NCBI GenBank assembly: GCA_002104905.1
Contig: MCFE01000112.1
Span: 103,008-167,007 of the forward strand
Origin: Basidiobolus meristosporus CBS 931.73
Taxonomy: Eukaryota; Fungi; Basidiobolomycota
Reading direction: 5' to 3'
Length of the DNA stretch: 64,000 nucleotides
Shown: in pieces, positions 1 to 11,403 of the stretch
Layout: every line of letters begins with the position of its first letter
Numbering within the stretch: the first letter of the stretch is position 1
Translations under genes and position numbers: made by a program
The notes under the pieces: model-generated
What the model was told of the DNA's origin: nothing
Seen by the model: the letters and a program-made list of their open reading frames with translations, nothing else
Databases searched by the model: none

Positions 1-693
1 GATCTGTGATCCTATGATTATTACCCCACAATCAAAATCAAATTAGGACTTTTACCAATTATTATCAACCAACCGTGACATAGTTACAGAATGCTCCTGA
101 ATTTTGAGAAGCTCTCATTACTTAATGTTAAAGTTGTATTACTACTACAAAGGTTTAACTACTGAGCTTCTTTACAAGCAAACTAGAGTGCAACTGTTAT
201 CACTACTTCCTGGCAAGTCCCTCATACCAAAATCACATCATAAATTGCAACAGAATTGTGGAAGAGCTATTTCTTCTAGGGCTCTTGGAACCTTTTGAGC
301 TTGTTTGTCATGTGAACATGCCTTACAAACATTTAATCCGAGTGGAATTGCATAATTGAGGGTCCTTAACAAGATGGTCCTTCTACAGCTGATTCATTTT
401 CAATTTCCCAATATGATCCAGTCTCCTGATTCCATTTCACAGCTATTTTCAGCCACTTCAGCAATGTTAATGCACTTAGATACAATACTCTAGCATTGTG
501 GCTGGTAAATATTGTAATCAGTGCTGCCCAAAGCCAATTGTTGTCCAAATTCATGCAATGTTCAGCAGCTGTGCTTGGGCAAAACAAGTTGTATTTAATG
601 AGTAGTTGCTATATATACCAAGAGTAGGTCTTGGCAATTCCAGACACATTGAGTATGTTGGTGAGCTTTGGTATCTTAACCACAGAGGTATTA

Positions 694-1425
694 GACTTGT
701 TCCGTTGGATAGTGCCACATTGAGCCATGAGTGCCAAATGATGCCATAGCATGCCAGAGAGGCCAAGTGAGCCTAAAATTGGCCACAGAGTGTGAGACAT
801 AGCTCTTCATCTTCATGCAGAGCAGCCCCTGTGTTTCACCCATTGTGCTGGAGAAAATCCATTTTTTGACCTTTTTTTTTGGATCAATGTAGTGCAGGAT
901 GTGTAAGAGCACAGAAGAATTGAAGACATGCACCTGGTACTCAATACCCATGGCACTCTGAATCTAGCTCCTGTAGCTTGTATCATGTCATAAAAATGAA
1001 TGGCACTGTCTTGGTCCACTGGTACTATCTGACACTATAAGTGCTTTACATAGGTCTTACTTTAGGGCTAATATTTAAATATAGTGCCAGATAGTACCAG
1101 TGGACCAAGATAGTGCCATTCATTTTTGTGACATGATACAAGCTACAGGAGCTAAATTCAGAGTGCCATGTGTATTGAGTACCAGATGCATGTCATTGGT
1201 ACTTCTGTCCTCTTACACATCATACACAACACTGATCCAAAAAAAAAGGTCAAAAAATGGATTTTCACCAACACAAAGGGTGAAACACAGGGGCTGCTTG
1301 TCATGAAGATGCAGAGCTATGTTTCATACTCTGGGGCCAAGTTTAGGTCTGCTATGCCTCTCTGGCACGCAATGGCACTATTTGGCACTCATGGCTCAAT
1401 GTGGCACTATCCAACGGAACAAGTC
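694..1425. mobile_element. Foldback/MITE-like element with 346-bp inverted arms (family A, GACTTGTTCC termini, TA target duplication)
   Basis: Starts GACTTGTTCC (694) and ends GGAACAAGTC (1425), with TA at 692-693 and 1426-1427. Arms 694-1039 and 1080-1425 are reverse complements around a 40-bp spacer; the mirror ORFs 691..951(-) and 1168..1437(+) are nearly identical. Confidence 0.85.
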
Positions 1426-4400
1426 TATTACCTTTAAAGTTATTTTGTGTCACTAGCAGTAGCTTTCATTGTAAAATTGTCTCTCAGGTAACCTTTCTTG
1501 TGAGGATAGTCTTCAAGTTACTGAACCACTCCTTATAGCATAGGTCTGATGCAAGGCACCATATTCAATTTACATTCTAAGCTACCACTTCTTGCACTCT
1601 CTGGCACTGCAACAAACAGCTGTTTTCTGCATTTACTTTGATTGCCTGATTCTTATTGCCCTCTCTGGCCTAGAATCCTGATTTCTTGCAGTAGTTACAA
1701 TAATTAGTTTTTTTTCTGATTTTGCCTCTTTCCCTTTGTTTCCGTAGGCCCTCTCTGTTGAATAAGCAGCCACCCATGGTTTTCTCTGCCAATTCATTAC
1801 ACCTGGCTTGTTCATGTCATAACCTCCCTAAATCATATTATTGTGTCAAGTTCTGCTTTCAGCCTTTTTACAAAAGTAGGAGAGGTTCAGCCTTATCTGG
1901 TAAGCTTCATAGTATACAGAGTGTTATTTCCTCATAATCAATACCACCATTGATAGTGTAAGGCTCCTCTGCAAGTGACACCTGTTTAGTTGTAAGTTTT
2001 TTCATATTATCATAATGTTCTTTCTCATGTTCAAGCAAAGCTTCCTTGAAACTGACTCTGATCAGAATATCTAATCTGGAGAAACCCTAATTGTTTTTGC
2101 TGAAATAAAAGCATGAACTTGACTAATAGACCTAGCAAAGTATAGGGATGATAGTTGATATTTTGTTTATTCATTAAGTGGCTTGTTGTTAATACCTTTG
2201 AAAGATTGATGTAAGTAAAATACTGAAATTGAAGTGCTTGCTGAAATCAGATTCAATCTGTGATGACTGCAAGGATAAGTCCAGCTTTTGAGAAGAATGC
2301 TAAAATTATCATGAATCTAACACTATAAGAGGATCATAGAATATAAGGCAGTGGCTAAGCTCTTGCTGTAAACTAATTCTGCAGCAGCTCAAAGAGCTGA
2401 AACTTGGCAGAAAGATAGTGGGCTGCCAAATTGTACCAAATAGTCCAACATTTGACCCTTTATGCTGCATATATGTAGGAAAACTGCAGGGCAAACATCC
2501 CTTTCCGCTCATATGTTTCTTGGACACTCTTTGAAGGTAACAGATAGCTGCTCATCCGTAGATACTTGGCCTACTTTCTTTGTGGACTGATTGATATTTG
2601 CCTATTACTTCTTGTACTCCCTAGATTAGAATCCTGTATTCTTGCATTAGTTGCAATAGCAGAGCACTTGTTTGATATGGGTACATGCTGGGAATTGTAT
2701 TGCTTATGGCGGCACCATAACCAGTTATTCAAGCTAACTCAATCAATACATCACTATCCTGCCTGAGCTAATTGGCTAAAAGTATCAGCTAATTGGTTAC
2801 ACAAAGACAACTGTACACTTGTTACAAATCATAGTTGTAAGAGTTGTAGATGAACAGAGAATATGGGTAGTATTCTATCCACTAAGACTTGAGCCAATTT
2901 TATTGAGGTTTCAGCATCTCCTTATGCACTCTTTGCTATATCTGTGGCTTACTAATCATCTATCCTAATATTGACTGTGACTGATGACTCATTGAATTGT
3001 ATCATCAGCATTCAATGGGTTCAAACTTGATATAATTACTTTTAGCTTATTAGGATCTGCTGAATCTGCTGGTAACACGTGATACTGATCTGATAGAAAT
3101 ACTGGTATACTAATAGGCTAACACTAATTACTACATAATTTGACTAATGATGGATTCAGCTTGCTCAAATAAGTTGCAGATCATAACATACTGAAATAGA
3201 ACCAAATTTTATTAGATGATGCTCATATTAGCAGCGGATGCCTTTTACATAATCTGTTAACTACAAGGCTAATATGCAGATTTTGTTGGCAGGAATGAAA
3301 TTGTAGCTATAGGGTCATTAGAAGCAAGCAGTACATATCTGAGGAGATAAGCCAAAGAATGAAAACCTTATGTCTGGAACTCTTGGGCATTGGACTCTGT
3401 ACAAAAGTTTCAAACTTATAATTTTTTCTTTTAATGAAAGGTCTTTAGCTGAGATTTAGCCGGTGAGTTTTGGTATGTGCCTCAAATGCTTTTGACTTGG
3501 GAAACAACAATTGACTTGTCAAGTAGGTCTTGTATAATGACTAATAGGCCGTAACTTCTTTCATGTCATACAGCAACATATTCTAATAGTAGCTATATTG
3601 AAAGTTGACACTTTAAGGAGACTTGCATCTCATGCATTATTTATTTAGCATCCTGCTGGCCTTCATCAAAATATATCATCTCAGCAAAAGTAATACAGGC
3701 TGGGCAAGTAGGATCAGTGTTTTGACTATTAGTCAATAAAAAGCAAGAAATACATTCTTAGGATGGCATAAATTAGTACATATTATAGACAGCAGCAACC
3801 GCTGGCTATTAGAAAATTTAATCCAAGTATGAGACAGCTATCCTGTATCATCATTATATATATAGGAATGATTACAAGGTGATCACAAAGTAATCAATAT
3901 TTGTATATTGAGGCATGCTTCATTACGCACTGATTGAGCCAACAACTACTTGCTGTTTTCAATATCATATCTGTAGTTGAAACATATATCAGGATACACC
4001 TACAGTCCAGAAGCAGCAGCTTTTGAGTGGGCACTATGTCAGCCATGCAAATGCATAGACATGCTTGCATCTGCACATTTCATAGCAGCAACTGTTGGCT
4101 GTCAGAACATTTCACTGATGTAAGAGATATTTGCATCTTGATTTTAGTTATGAGCAAGAATTGGCAGTTGCTCAATGCTCACACAACAGGCAATATGAAA
4201 TATAGAAATATGCTCTAATATACTTACTCACAGCAGCAAGTATTTGCTGTCACATTATCAGCGTGAGTAATAAAGGTATATGGTAGTTGTGCAAATGATC
4301 TGATTCCAGTAGCTGCTATGATATTGCAATGTCACTGATACATTGAAGTGCACCTACTTGTATTCATAGTTCACAGCAGTTACTGTTGGCTGTCAGAATC

Positions 4401-4539
4401 AATTAAAAATACTGATCAGCAATAAGGGCTACAGCTACTACTCTAATACTGTCATTCATGAAGAAGAATTCTGGAGTAGTACAGATGGACAAGTAAGGTT
4501 AAGTAGTCTATTTGACCACAGTTTCCCTTGCCATTAAAG

Positions 4540-4907
4540 TGTTATGATCTGCCGCTTGAATGTTTAAGTTAGATCAGTTTTTAGCCAAATCAGTTAGTAT
4601 ATGTTTAGGTTATCAGTACATCAGTATTATCTATGAAATCAGTAGCATTAGTCAGCAAATGAATCAGCAGATCCTTATCAGACAGAAATAGATATATTAA
4701 GTAGGATCTTATTGGGTGATGATGATGCAATCAAATGAGTCATCAGCCACAACCTACATTAGGAAATACAATTAGTCAGCAATTGATCTGGCAAAATGTA
4801 TATAAGGAGCTGCTGGAACCTCAATAAAAATCAGTTCAAGTTTTAGTGAATACAATACTAGCTAAACTCCCTATTCCTCTACAACTCTTATACCAAGACT
4901 TGTAACA
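4540..4907 (+). repeat. 5' LTR (368 bp)
   Basis: TGTTATGATC...CTTGTAACA; contains TATAAG and AATAAA; matches 9110-9477 base for base on manual comparison. Confidence 0.97.
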
Positions 4908-4908
4908 T

Positions 4909-4917
4909 TGGTAGCAG
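4909..4917 (+). promoter_or_regulatory. Primer-binding site (tRNA-iMet 3'-end type)
   Basis: TGGTAGCAG lies 1 nt after the LTR and is complementary to a ...CUGCUACCA tRNA end; the same sequence follows the LTR of the second copy (11774). Confidence 0.7.
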
Positions 4918-4965
4918 CAATAACCAGAAACCTCCCTCCTGAAGAAAGAAGAAACCACCCTCAAG

Positions 4966-7900
4966 ATGTCGGACAATCAAGAATGGAAGAATGCCATGCA
5001 GCAAATCCTGACCCAACAGCAACAGCTACTCCAGATCCTCAGCCAACAGCAACAAGGAATGACTACCATGGCTCAGAGCCAGCAAAGCCCTGTCAAGAGC
5101 AACTTTAGTGTGAAGGTCAACCGGTACCATGGCAGAGTCAATGAAAACCTGGGAACTTGGCTCTTTCAGATTGAAGAAGCTTTTAAAGCTAAAGGAATTG
5201 CTCCAGAGAGCAAGTTGCATTATGCAGCTTCTTACCTGGCAGATGCAGCTTTACAGTGGTACCACAACAAGATCAGGTCAGCTACTATGATGGGATGCTC
5301 TACAATCTCTACCTGGGATGAGTTTGTGTCGGAAATTCAGGATGCTTTTGAGCCTCCACACCAGCAGACACTACTAAGAAGGAAGTTAAAGACACTCAGA
5401 CAGAAAGGAATGGTGCAAGAATACATCTATGAGTACAGATGTCTACTTGGACAAATTGAAAGAATGGACCCCTTGGATCAAGTTGAATACTTTATTGATG
5501 GGTTGAAAGAAAGAACTCGCAAGGAAGTCAATTACCGAAGACCTCAGACTATTGAAGAAGCCATCAAGATTGCCATTGACTATGACTCAGCTATGTTTGG
5601 AGTTGGGAAGCCTACAGTGACTAGTCAGAAAGGCTATAATCATTATGAAAGAAGACAATCAGAAGCAGTACCAATGGAAATAGACGCTATGCAGAAGAAT
5701 CCCTCCTCAGAAGAATGCAAGAAGAGAGGACTTTGCTTCAATTGCCACCAGCAGGGACATATTGCAAAGTACTGCCCTCAGAGAAGAAATGGACACCAGC
5801 CAACAAGAACCTTCAACCATATTGAGTCCCATGAACACAGTAATGTGGAAGATGAGCTTGAAGAAGACTCGGAACTCACCTTCCATATGACAGAAGAGTA
5901 CTTGTCCCAAATGACTTCAAACTCAGGGAAGTTATTGTACCTGAATGGAGCAATCAATGGAGTACCTGCCAAGATCATGATTGACTCAGGAGCATCGCAT
6001 GAGTACATGTCAGAGCAATTTGCTTTGAAAGCTGGAATCAACTCGGAACCTACCAAATCAACTTCAGTCTCCACAGCTGATGGGAACTCCCACATAATCA
6101 ACCGTATTACCCAGCCAGTAAGAATGAAGATCAATGACTATGAAGAAGACCTACAGGCTTATATATTTGGGAACTGCAAGTTTGACCTTGTACTTGGGAA
6201 AACCTGGCTATTTTGTCGTAATCCATCAATCAACTGGAGAACCCATGCTACTCAGATCCAAAAAGACAACAAGACCTATGAGCTATTACCTGCCAGGCTG
6301 GATTTCAACTTGGTCAATTCCAGTGTGTGTGAGACAAGTGAACTTAGCAAGACCCAGTTCTGTAGAGCACTTAGAAAAGGTACCCAGATGTTCCTCATGG
6401 CGGTATTACAGGAGGATTCCTCTATCCCAGCACCCCAGCAGGTCCAGACTCTCTTGAAGAAATATTCAGACGTGTTTCCAGATGAGCTTGTAAGCCTACC
6501 ACCAGTCAGAGACGTGGATCATGCCATTGACACAGGAGATAGCCCTCCAGTGAGCAAGACACCTTACAGAATGAGTCCATTGGAATTGGAGGAAATGAAG
6601 AAACAAATTGATCAGCTATTGGAGCAAGGATACATCAGGCCCAGCAAGTCACCTTGGGGAGCACCAGTGCTTTTTGTGAAAAAGAAGGATGGAACACTTA
6701 GGATGTGCATTGACTACAGAGCCCTGAACTCAGTTACCGTCAAGAATAAGTACCCCATACCTCGGATTGATGAGCTTTTGGACCAACTTAATGGAGCCAC
6801 TATTTTCAGCAAGATCGACCTCATGTCAGGATACAACCAGATTAGGGTGAAACCAGAAGATATCCCTAAGACAGCATTCAGGACCAGATATGGACATTAC
6901 GAGTACTTAGTCATGAGTTTTGGCCTCACTAATGCCCCTGCAACATTCATGACGCTGATGCAGACTGTCTTTCAGGAGTACTTAGACAAGTTTGTGATAA
7001 TCTACCTGGATGACATATTGATATACAGCAAGACAGAAAAGGATCACATGGTGCACATTGAAAAGGTCTTGAAGAAACTAAGAGAGAACAAGCTATACGG
7101 CAAGCTAGCCAAGTGTGAATTCTTCAAGGAACACGTAGAATATCTGGGACACATAGTGACTAGCACAGGAGTAACCTTAGACCCCAAGAAGGTGGAAGTA
7201 ATCAAGAATTTGAAGCAGCCCCATAGCATATCAGAACTCAGATCCTTCCTTGGAATGGTTTCCTATTATCGGAGATTTGTCAAGTCATTTGCAAGTATTG
7301 CAGCCCCTTTAACTGATATCCTCAAGAAAGACAATACCTACAAGTGGGACATAGCTTGTGAGACTGCCTTCCAGACACTAAAGAATGAACTTGCTAAGCT
7401 GCCAAGCTTAAGAATACCAGACTTCAGAAAAGAGTTCACTCTGTGCACAGATGCTTCAGATTATGCAATTGGTGGAGTGCTGAGCCAAGAACACGAGGGA
7501 AAGGACTACCCTGTTGCCTTTGAATCCAAGAAACTGAACTCAGCAGAACAAAACTATCCAGTTCATGAGAAGGAGATGCTTGCTATAATACACTGTTTGA
7601 AGACATGGAGATGCTATATTGAAGGAGTCAAATGCACTGTGAAGACTGATCATGCCTCCCTCAAGTATATATTTACTCAGAAGGTACTCTCTAGAAGAAT
7701 GACAAGATGGAGTGAATACATTCAGCAATTTGACCTGGAGATTGTCTACTGCCCTGGAAAAAACAACACGGTTGCTGATGCCTTATCAAGATTAGATCAA
7801 GTTGCACAACTCAACTTGGTGCATGAATCAGATTGGCCTAGCCTATTACCAAAGTACTTGGAGGACCAAGCCATTCCTAATGAGGTGGATGAAGATATCA

Positions 7901-9099
7901 AGAAGATAATCCGTGATGAGGCCAGCAAATTTGTTGTACAGAATGAAACACTCTACCGAATTGTTGATGGAAGCCCTATTGCCTATTGTCCTTATGTTGC
8001 TCGCCTGGATTTAATACATAAGCTACACAATGGATATGGACATCTTGGGATTGAAGGAACCTATAGCCTTGTAAAAGCCAGAGCATGGTGGCCCAGAATG
8101 AAACAAGACATTGAGAAGCTAGTAAAAACATGCCCAAACTGCCAAATCAATCAAGGCCAGCCACAAAGAATTGCCAAACTCTTCCCTTTGGAGCCTGTAA
8201 GACCATTTGAGAGATGGGGAATTGACTTTATTGGAAGACTGCCAACTACCAGGAAATGCAACCGTTGGATCCTAGTAGCAATTGACCATGCCACTAAATG
8301 GCCAGTTGCTAAAGCTGTACCAATAGCCAGTGAACAAGAAGTTGCAAGTTTCATTTACCATGAGATCCTGATGAAGTTTGGATGCCCTGTGGAGATCTTA
8401 TCCGATAGAGGTGCAAACTTTATGGCAAAGACATTAGAGGCTTACCTGGAAATGCAGCAGATCAGACACTTGAAAACCTCGGCATATCACCCCAGAACTA
8501 ATGGAGTCACTGAGCGGTTTAATGGATTATTTGGAAAAATGCTGACCAAGTATGCAAATGGAGTTGTCAGTAGATGGGATGAGTATATAGACCAAGCACT
8601 CTTTGCATGCAGAGTCAGAGTACACAACACCACCCAGCAATCACCATTTTACTTAGTTTATGGATGTGAACCAAGGATTCCAGGAGATCTCACACAACCA
8701 AAGCTTACAGACACCTTAGAAGATGAACTCAGTCAGCCAAGTAGACACCAGCAACTGGAACAAAGACGTCAAGAGGCACAGACCAAAGTATCTCAAAGTG
8801 CAGAAAAGATGAAGCAGAGATTTGATAAGACTATAGCACCAGAAGCATTGACAGTTGGGAACTTTGTATTGCTAAGAAACAACACTCGGAAGAAGTTTGA
8901 GCCACAATGGACAGGACCATTCAAGATCATCAGAGAATGTCCATTTGCAACTTACCAACTGGTGGACAAACAAGGCAATATCCGGGAAGACTTAGTGCAT
9001 AGGGACAGACTCAAGCTTGCAAGACTTGCTGATAATACTGAACCATCAAGATATTGGTATCACAAGAAAAGAGATTCAGGAGAACCCTCTCAACTTTAG
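4966..9099 (+). CDS. Ty3/gypsy Gag-Pol polyprotein, 1377 aa (capsid, CCHC knuckle, protease, RT, RNase H, integrase)
   Basis: [14 protein letters not shown] knuckle; MIDSGAS protease; YLDD RT; [11 protein letters not shown] RNase H; H..H..C..C zinc site and WGIDF/SDRG/TERFNG integrase, in gypsy order. No chromodomain is evident at the C-terminus. Confidence 0.97.
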   Translation: MSDNQEWKNAMQQILTQQQQLLQILSQQQQGMTTMAQSQQSPVKSNFSVKVNRYHGRVNENLGTWLFQIEEAFKAKGIAPESKLHYAASYLADAALQWYHNKIRSATMMGCSTISTWDEFVSEIQDAFEPPHQQTLLRRKLKTLRQKGMVQEYIYEYRCLLGQIERMDPLDQVEYFIDGLKERTRKEVNYRRPQTIEEAIKIAIDYDSAMFGVGKPTVTSQKGYNHYERRQSEAVPMEIDAMQKNPSSEECKKRGLCFNCHQQGHIAKYCPQRRNGHQPTRTFNHIESHEHSNVEDELEEDSELTFHMTEEYLSQMTSNSGKLLYLNGAINGVPAKIMIDSGASHEYMSEQFALKAGINSEPTKSTSVSTADGNSHIINRITQPVRMKINDYEEDLQAYIFGNCKFDLVLGKTWLFCRNPSINWRTHATQIQKDNKTYELLPARLDFNLVNSSVCETSELSKTQFCRALRKGTQMFLMAVLQEDSSIPAPQQVQTLLKKYSDVFPDELVSLPPVRDVDHAIDTGDSPPVSKTPYRMSPLELEEMKKQIDQLLEQGYIRPSKSPWGAPVLFVKKKDGTLRMCIDYRALNSVTVKNKYPIPRIDELLDQLNGATIFSKIDLMSGYNQIRVKPEDIPKTAFRTRYGHYEYLVMSFGLTNAPATFMTLMQTVFQEYLDKFVIIYLDDILIYSKTEKDHMVHIEKVLKKLRENKLYGKLAKCEFFKEHVEYLGHIVTSTGVTLDPKKVEVIKNLKQPHSISELRSFLGMVSYYRRFVKSFASIAAPLTDILKKDNTYKWDIACETAFQTLKNELAKLPSLRIPDFRKEFTLCTDASDYAIGGVLSQEHEGKDYPVAFESKKLNSAEQNYPVHEKEMLAIIHCLKTWRCYIEGVKCTVKTDHASLKYIFTQKVLSRRMTRWSEYIQQFDLEIVYCPGKNNTVADALSRLDQVAQLNLVHESDWPSLLPKYLEDQAIPNEVDEDIKKIIRDEASKFVVQNETLYRIVDGSPIAYCPYVARLDLIHKLHNGYGHLGIEGTYSLVKARAWWPRMKQDIEKLVKTCPNCQINQGQPQRIAKLFPLEPVRPFERWGIDFIGRLPTTRKCNRWILVAIDHATKWPVAKAVPIASEQEVASFIYHEILMKFGCPVEILSDRGANFMAKTLEAYLEMQQIRHLKTSAYHPRTNGVTERFNGLFGKMLTKYANGVVSRWDEYIDQALFACRVRVHNTTQQSPFYLVYGCEPRIPGDLTQPKLTDTLEDELSQPSRHQQLEQRRQEAQTKVSQSAEKMKQRFDKTIAPEALTVGNFVLLRNNTRKKFEPQWTGPFKIIRECPFATYQLVDKQGNIREDLVHRDRLKLARLADNTEPSRYWYHKKRDSGEPSQL

Positions 9100-9100
9100 T

Positions 9101-9109
9101 AGGGGAGAA
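9101..9109 (+). promoter_or_regulatory. Polypurine tract
   Basis: AGGGGAGAA immediately before the 3' LTR. Confidence 0.85.
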
Positions 9110-9477
9110 TGTTATGATCTGCCGCTTGAATGTTTAAGTTAGATCAGTTTTTAGCCAAATCAGTTAGTATATGTTTAGGTTATCAGTACATCAGTATTAT
9201 CTATGAAATCAGTAGCATTAGTCAGCAAATGAATCAGCAGATCCTTATCAGACAGAAATAGATATATTAAGTAGGATCTTATTGGGTGATGATGATGCAA
9301 TCAAATGAGTCATCAGCCACAACCTACATTAGGAAATACAATTAGTCAGCAATTGATCTGGCAAAATGTATATAAGGAGCTGCTGGAACCTCAATAAAAA
9401 TCAGTTCAAGTTTTAGTGAATACAATACTAGCTAAACTCCCTATTCCTCTACAACTCTTATACCAAGACTTGTAACA
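9110..9477 (+). repeat. 3' LTR (368 bp)
   Basis: Identical to the 5' LTR; followed by the AAAG TSD. Confidence 0.97.
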
Positions 9478-10224
9478 AAAGTAGATGTTTGAGTGAGAAA
9501 TAGATATTGAAACTGTAATAGTATTTTGTAAGTAACTGCATGTAGATATGTGGTAATGGAAAGTATTCCATTACAACAATATCTCTAAACCAATATTGCA
9601 CTCATTTCTTTATTTTGCTTTTTGCTATCGTAACACACAAGAGAAAGATCAAGAATTTCCAACTTTGAAGAGCAAATGCTCCAGACCCTGACAAGCAATC
9701 CACCCAAGAATATTATGTCATACAGAACACGTAGTAGCCAACACATGTTTCAAATTACAGCTCATTTGAAGCAGTACTTAAGGAGTTATGACCAAAAGAG
9801 TCCAACTATTATATATACTATGCCTTATTGCTAGGATTACTATGGTGACTTTGATCGCGTGTAACTTTTGAACCAGCCAATCAAATCACGTGAAATTTTC
9901 ACAGGTGCTGCGCCTATGTCCGATCTGCGCCACTGCAAAGTTTTAGCTTTGTATCACGTGTATTGCTTGCGCAATTGCCCAAAAACTTTGATCCTTCAAA
10001 ATTTTCATATATATGACTTCCCCAGCTGAAAAATAAAGGAGAGCCTCTCTTTCCAGAATCTCCACACTACGATTACAAGTTTAAAGATTATAAGACTTCC
10101 CCTGCATCACTTGCACTGTTGAGTATTCTGACTTTGATCAGTACTACATCAGTAAAGAGACTGCAAAGCTCACAAGAATCCAATCTAAGTTCTACAAGAA
10201 ACTACCACTTTTCTGTCGGAAAAG

Positions 10225-10470
10225 TCCCCTCTAAGAAACCCCTTTACTCTAAAGACACCCCTTTAGACACCCCTTTAGTCTAAAGACCCCTTTAGAGACC
10301 CCTTTAAGAAACCCCTTTACTCTAAAGAAGCCCCTTTAGGCACCCCTTTAGTGTAAAGTCCACTTTAGAGACCACTACAAGAAGCCCCTTTACTCTAAAG
10401 ACACCCCTTTAGACACCCCTTTAGGTCTAAAGACCCCTTTAGATACTTCTACAACACACCACTTTAGGTT
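10225..10470. repeat. Degenerate minisatellite built on CCCCTTTAG/CCCCTTTAC, about three higher-order units
   Basis: Repeated GAAACCCCTTTACTCTAAAGACACCCCTTTAGACACCCCTTTAG-like blocks. Confidence 0.75.
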
Positions 10471-10899
10471 AAAGGGGAGTTCAGAATTTCCATATTAGGA
10501 AATATTTTCTCAGAAAGGAAAGTGACTTCCAAATAAGGAAAAGTTACTATAAAAGTAAATAAGCCCATTAGTCAACAGAAGGTCAGAACACTGCTGTAGA
10601 AGTGATAAACACTGCCTACAGTATATTTTGAGCCCAAGATTGAGGAAATTAGTGAAAGTTATATCTTCTATCGGTATATCAAACTCCCAATAAACTATTT
10701 CAGTATTAACATACTGGAAGTTGTTGTATATTGTTGATTAGCCTCTACATTGTAGAACAAGCCCCAAACTAATCATAATACAACACAACAGATACCCAAG
10801 TGTAAATACTAATATGACCAATACCAAGGAGCACAATGCAAAACAGTTGAAAATGTGAAAATCACATGGCAATTGGGCAGGTGGTGGAGCTATAAATAG

Positions 10900-11403
10900 A
10901 TCATGATATGGGATAAAAACAAGTCAAATATGAGATTAGTTATTCTTGGGTTAAGGAATATGAGTTGGGGCACTCTATTTTCTGACTTGGTGAACTTGAC
11001 TAAAATCATCAGAAAATGCCCTTACAAGACTTGCAATTTGGTGGATAAGCAAATAAATGTTCATCATGACTTATTTCATAGGCATAGACTTAAGCTAACA
11101 AGACTTCCAGAGAATGTGTAACAATCAATATATTGTAACCACAAAACAAAGAATCCAGGAGAACCATCTCAATCTTAGTTGGAGAGAAAGCTTTCATCTA
11201 CCACTTATTTGACTAAGTTAGGTCCATAATTAGTCAAGATATTTAGGAACTAGTAGTAACCTAGCCATATTATTACCTATGAGGTCAGTATCATGTGCTA
11301 CCAGAAGAGTAAGCAGATCCTTATCAGCCAAAAACAGTGATATTCAGTTTGATCCTGTAAGAAGTTGACGCAACCTCAATAAAAATCAGTTCAAGTTTCA
11401 GAG
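10900..11403 (+). mobile_element. Old relic of the same Ty3/gypsy family (integrase 3' end plus deleted LTR)
   Basis: 11065-11190 aligns by eye with 8990-9115 (GACTTAAGCT...CAGGAGAACC..TCTCAA). 11372-11397 is the LTR motif AACCTCAATAAAAATCAGTTCAAG, running directly into the next element. Confidence 0.75.

Larger units (their letters stand above)
4540..9477 (+). mobile_element. Intact Ty3/gypsy LTR retrotransposon (4938 bp)
   Basis: TG...CA LTRs at 4540-4907 and 9110-9477; 4-bp TSD AAAG (4536-4539 and 9478-9481); PBS, PPT and a single uninterrupted gag-pol ORF. Confidence 0.98.

Noticed and set aside
300-690. Possible copia gag fragment on the minus strand
   Set aside because: Only a weak W..L..IF..N.R.L pattern is present; too degraded to support.
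691-1437. Duplicated small proteins with an NLS-like PKKKVKK
   Set aside because: They are mirror translations of the foldback arms; the lysine run comes from a poly-A/T tract.
4908-5108. 66-aa overlapping ORF conserved in both gypsy copies (also 11773-11973)
   Set aside because: It starts at a TTG inside the PBS and is an alternative frame of the Gln-rich gag start; its conservation is explained by element homology.
5026-8354. Antisense ORFs within gag-pol (also in copy 2 and in the peptide genes)
   Set aside because: They are short shadow frames of real coding sequence with no independent features.
10225-10470. Interstitial telomeric repeat
   Set aside because: The unit is CCCCTTTAG, not CCCTAA or CCCTAAA.
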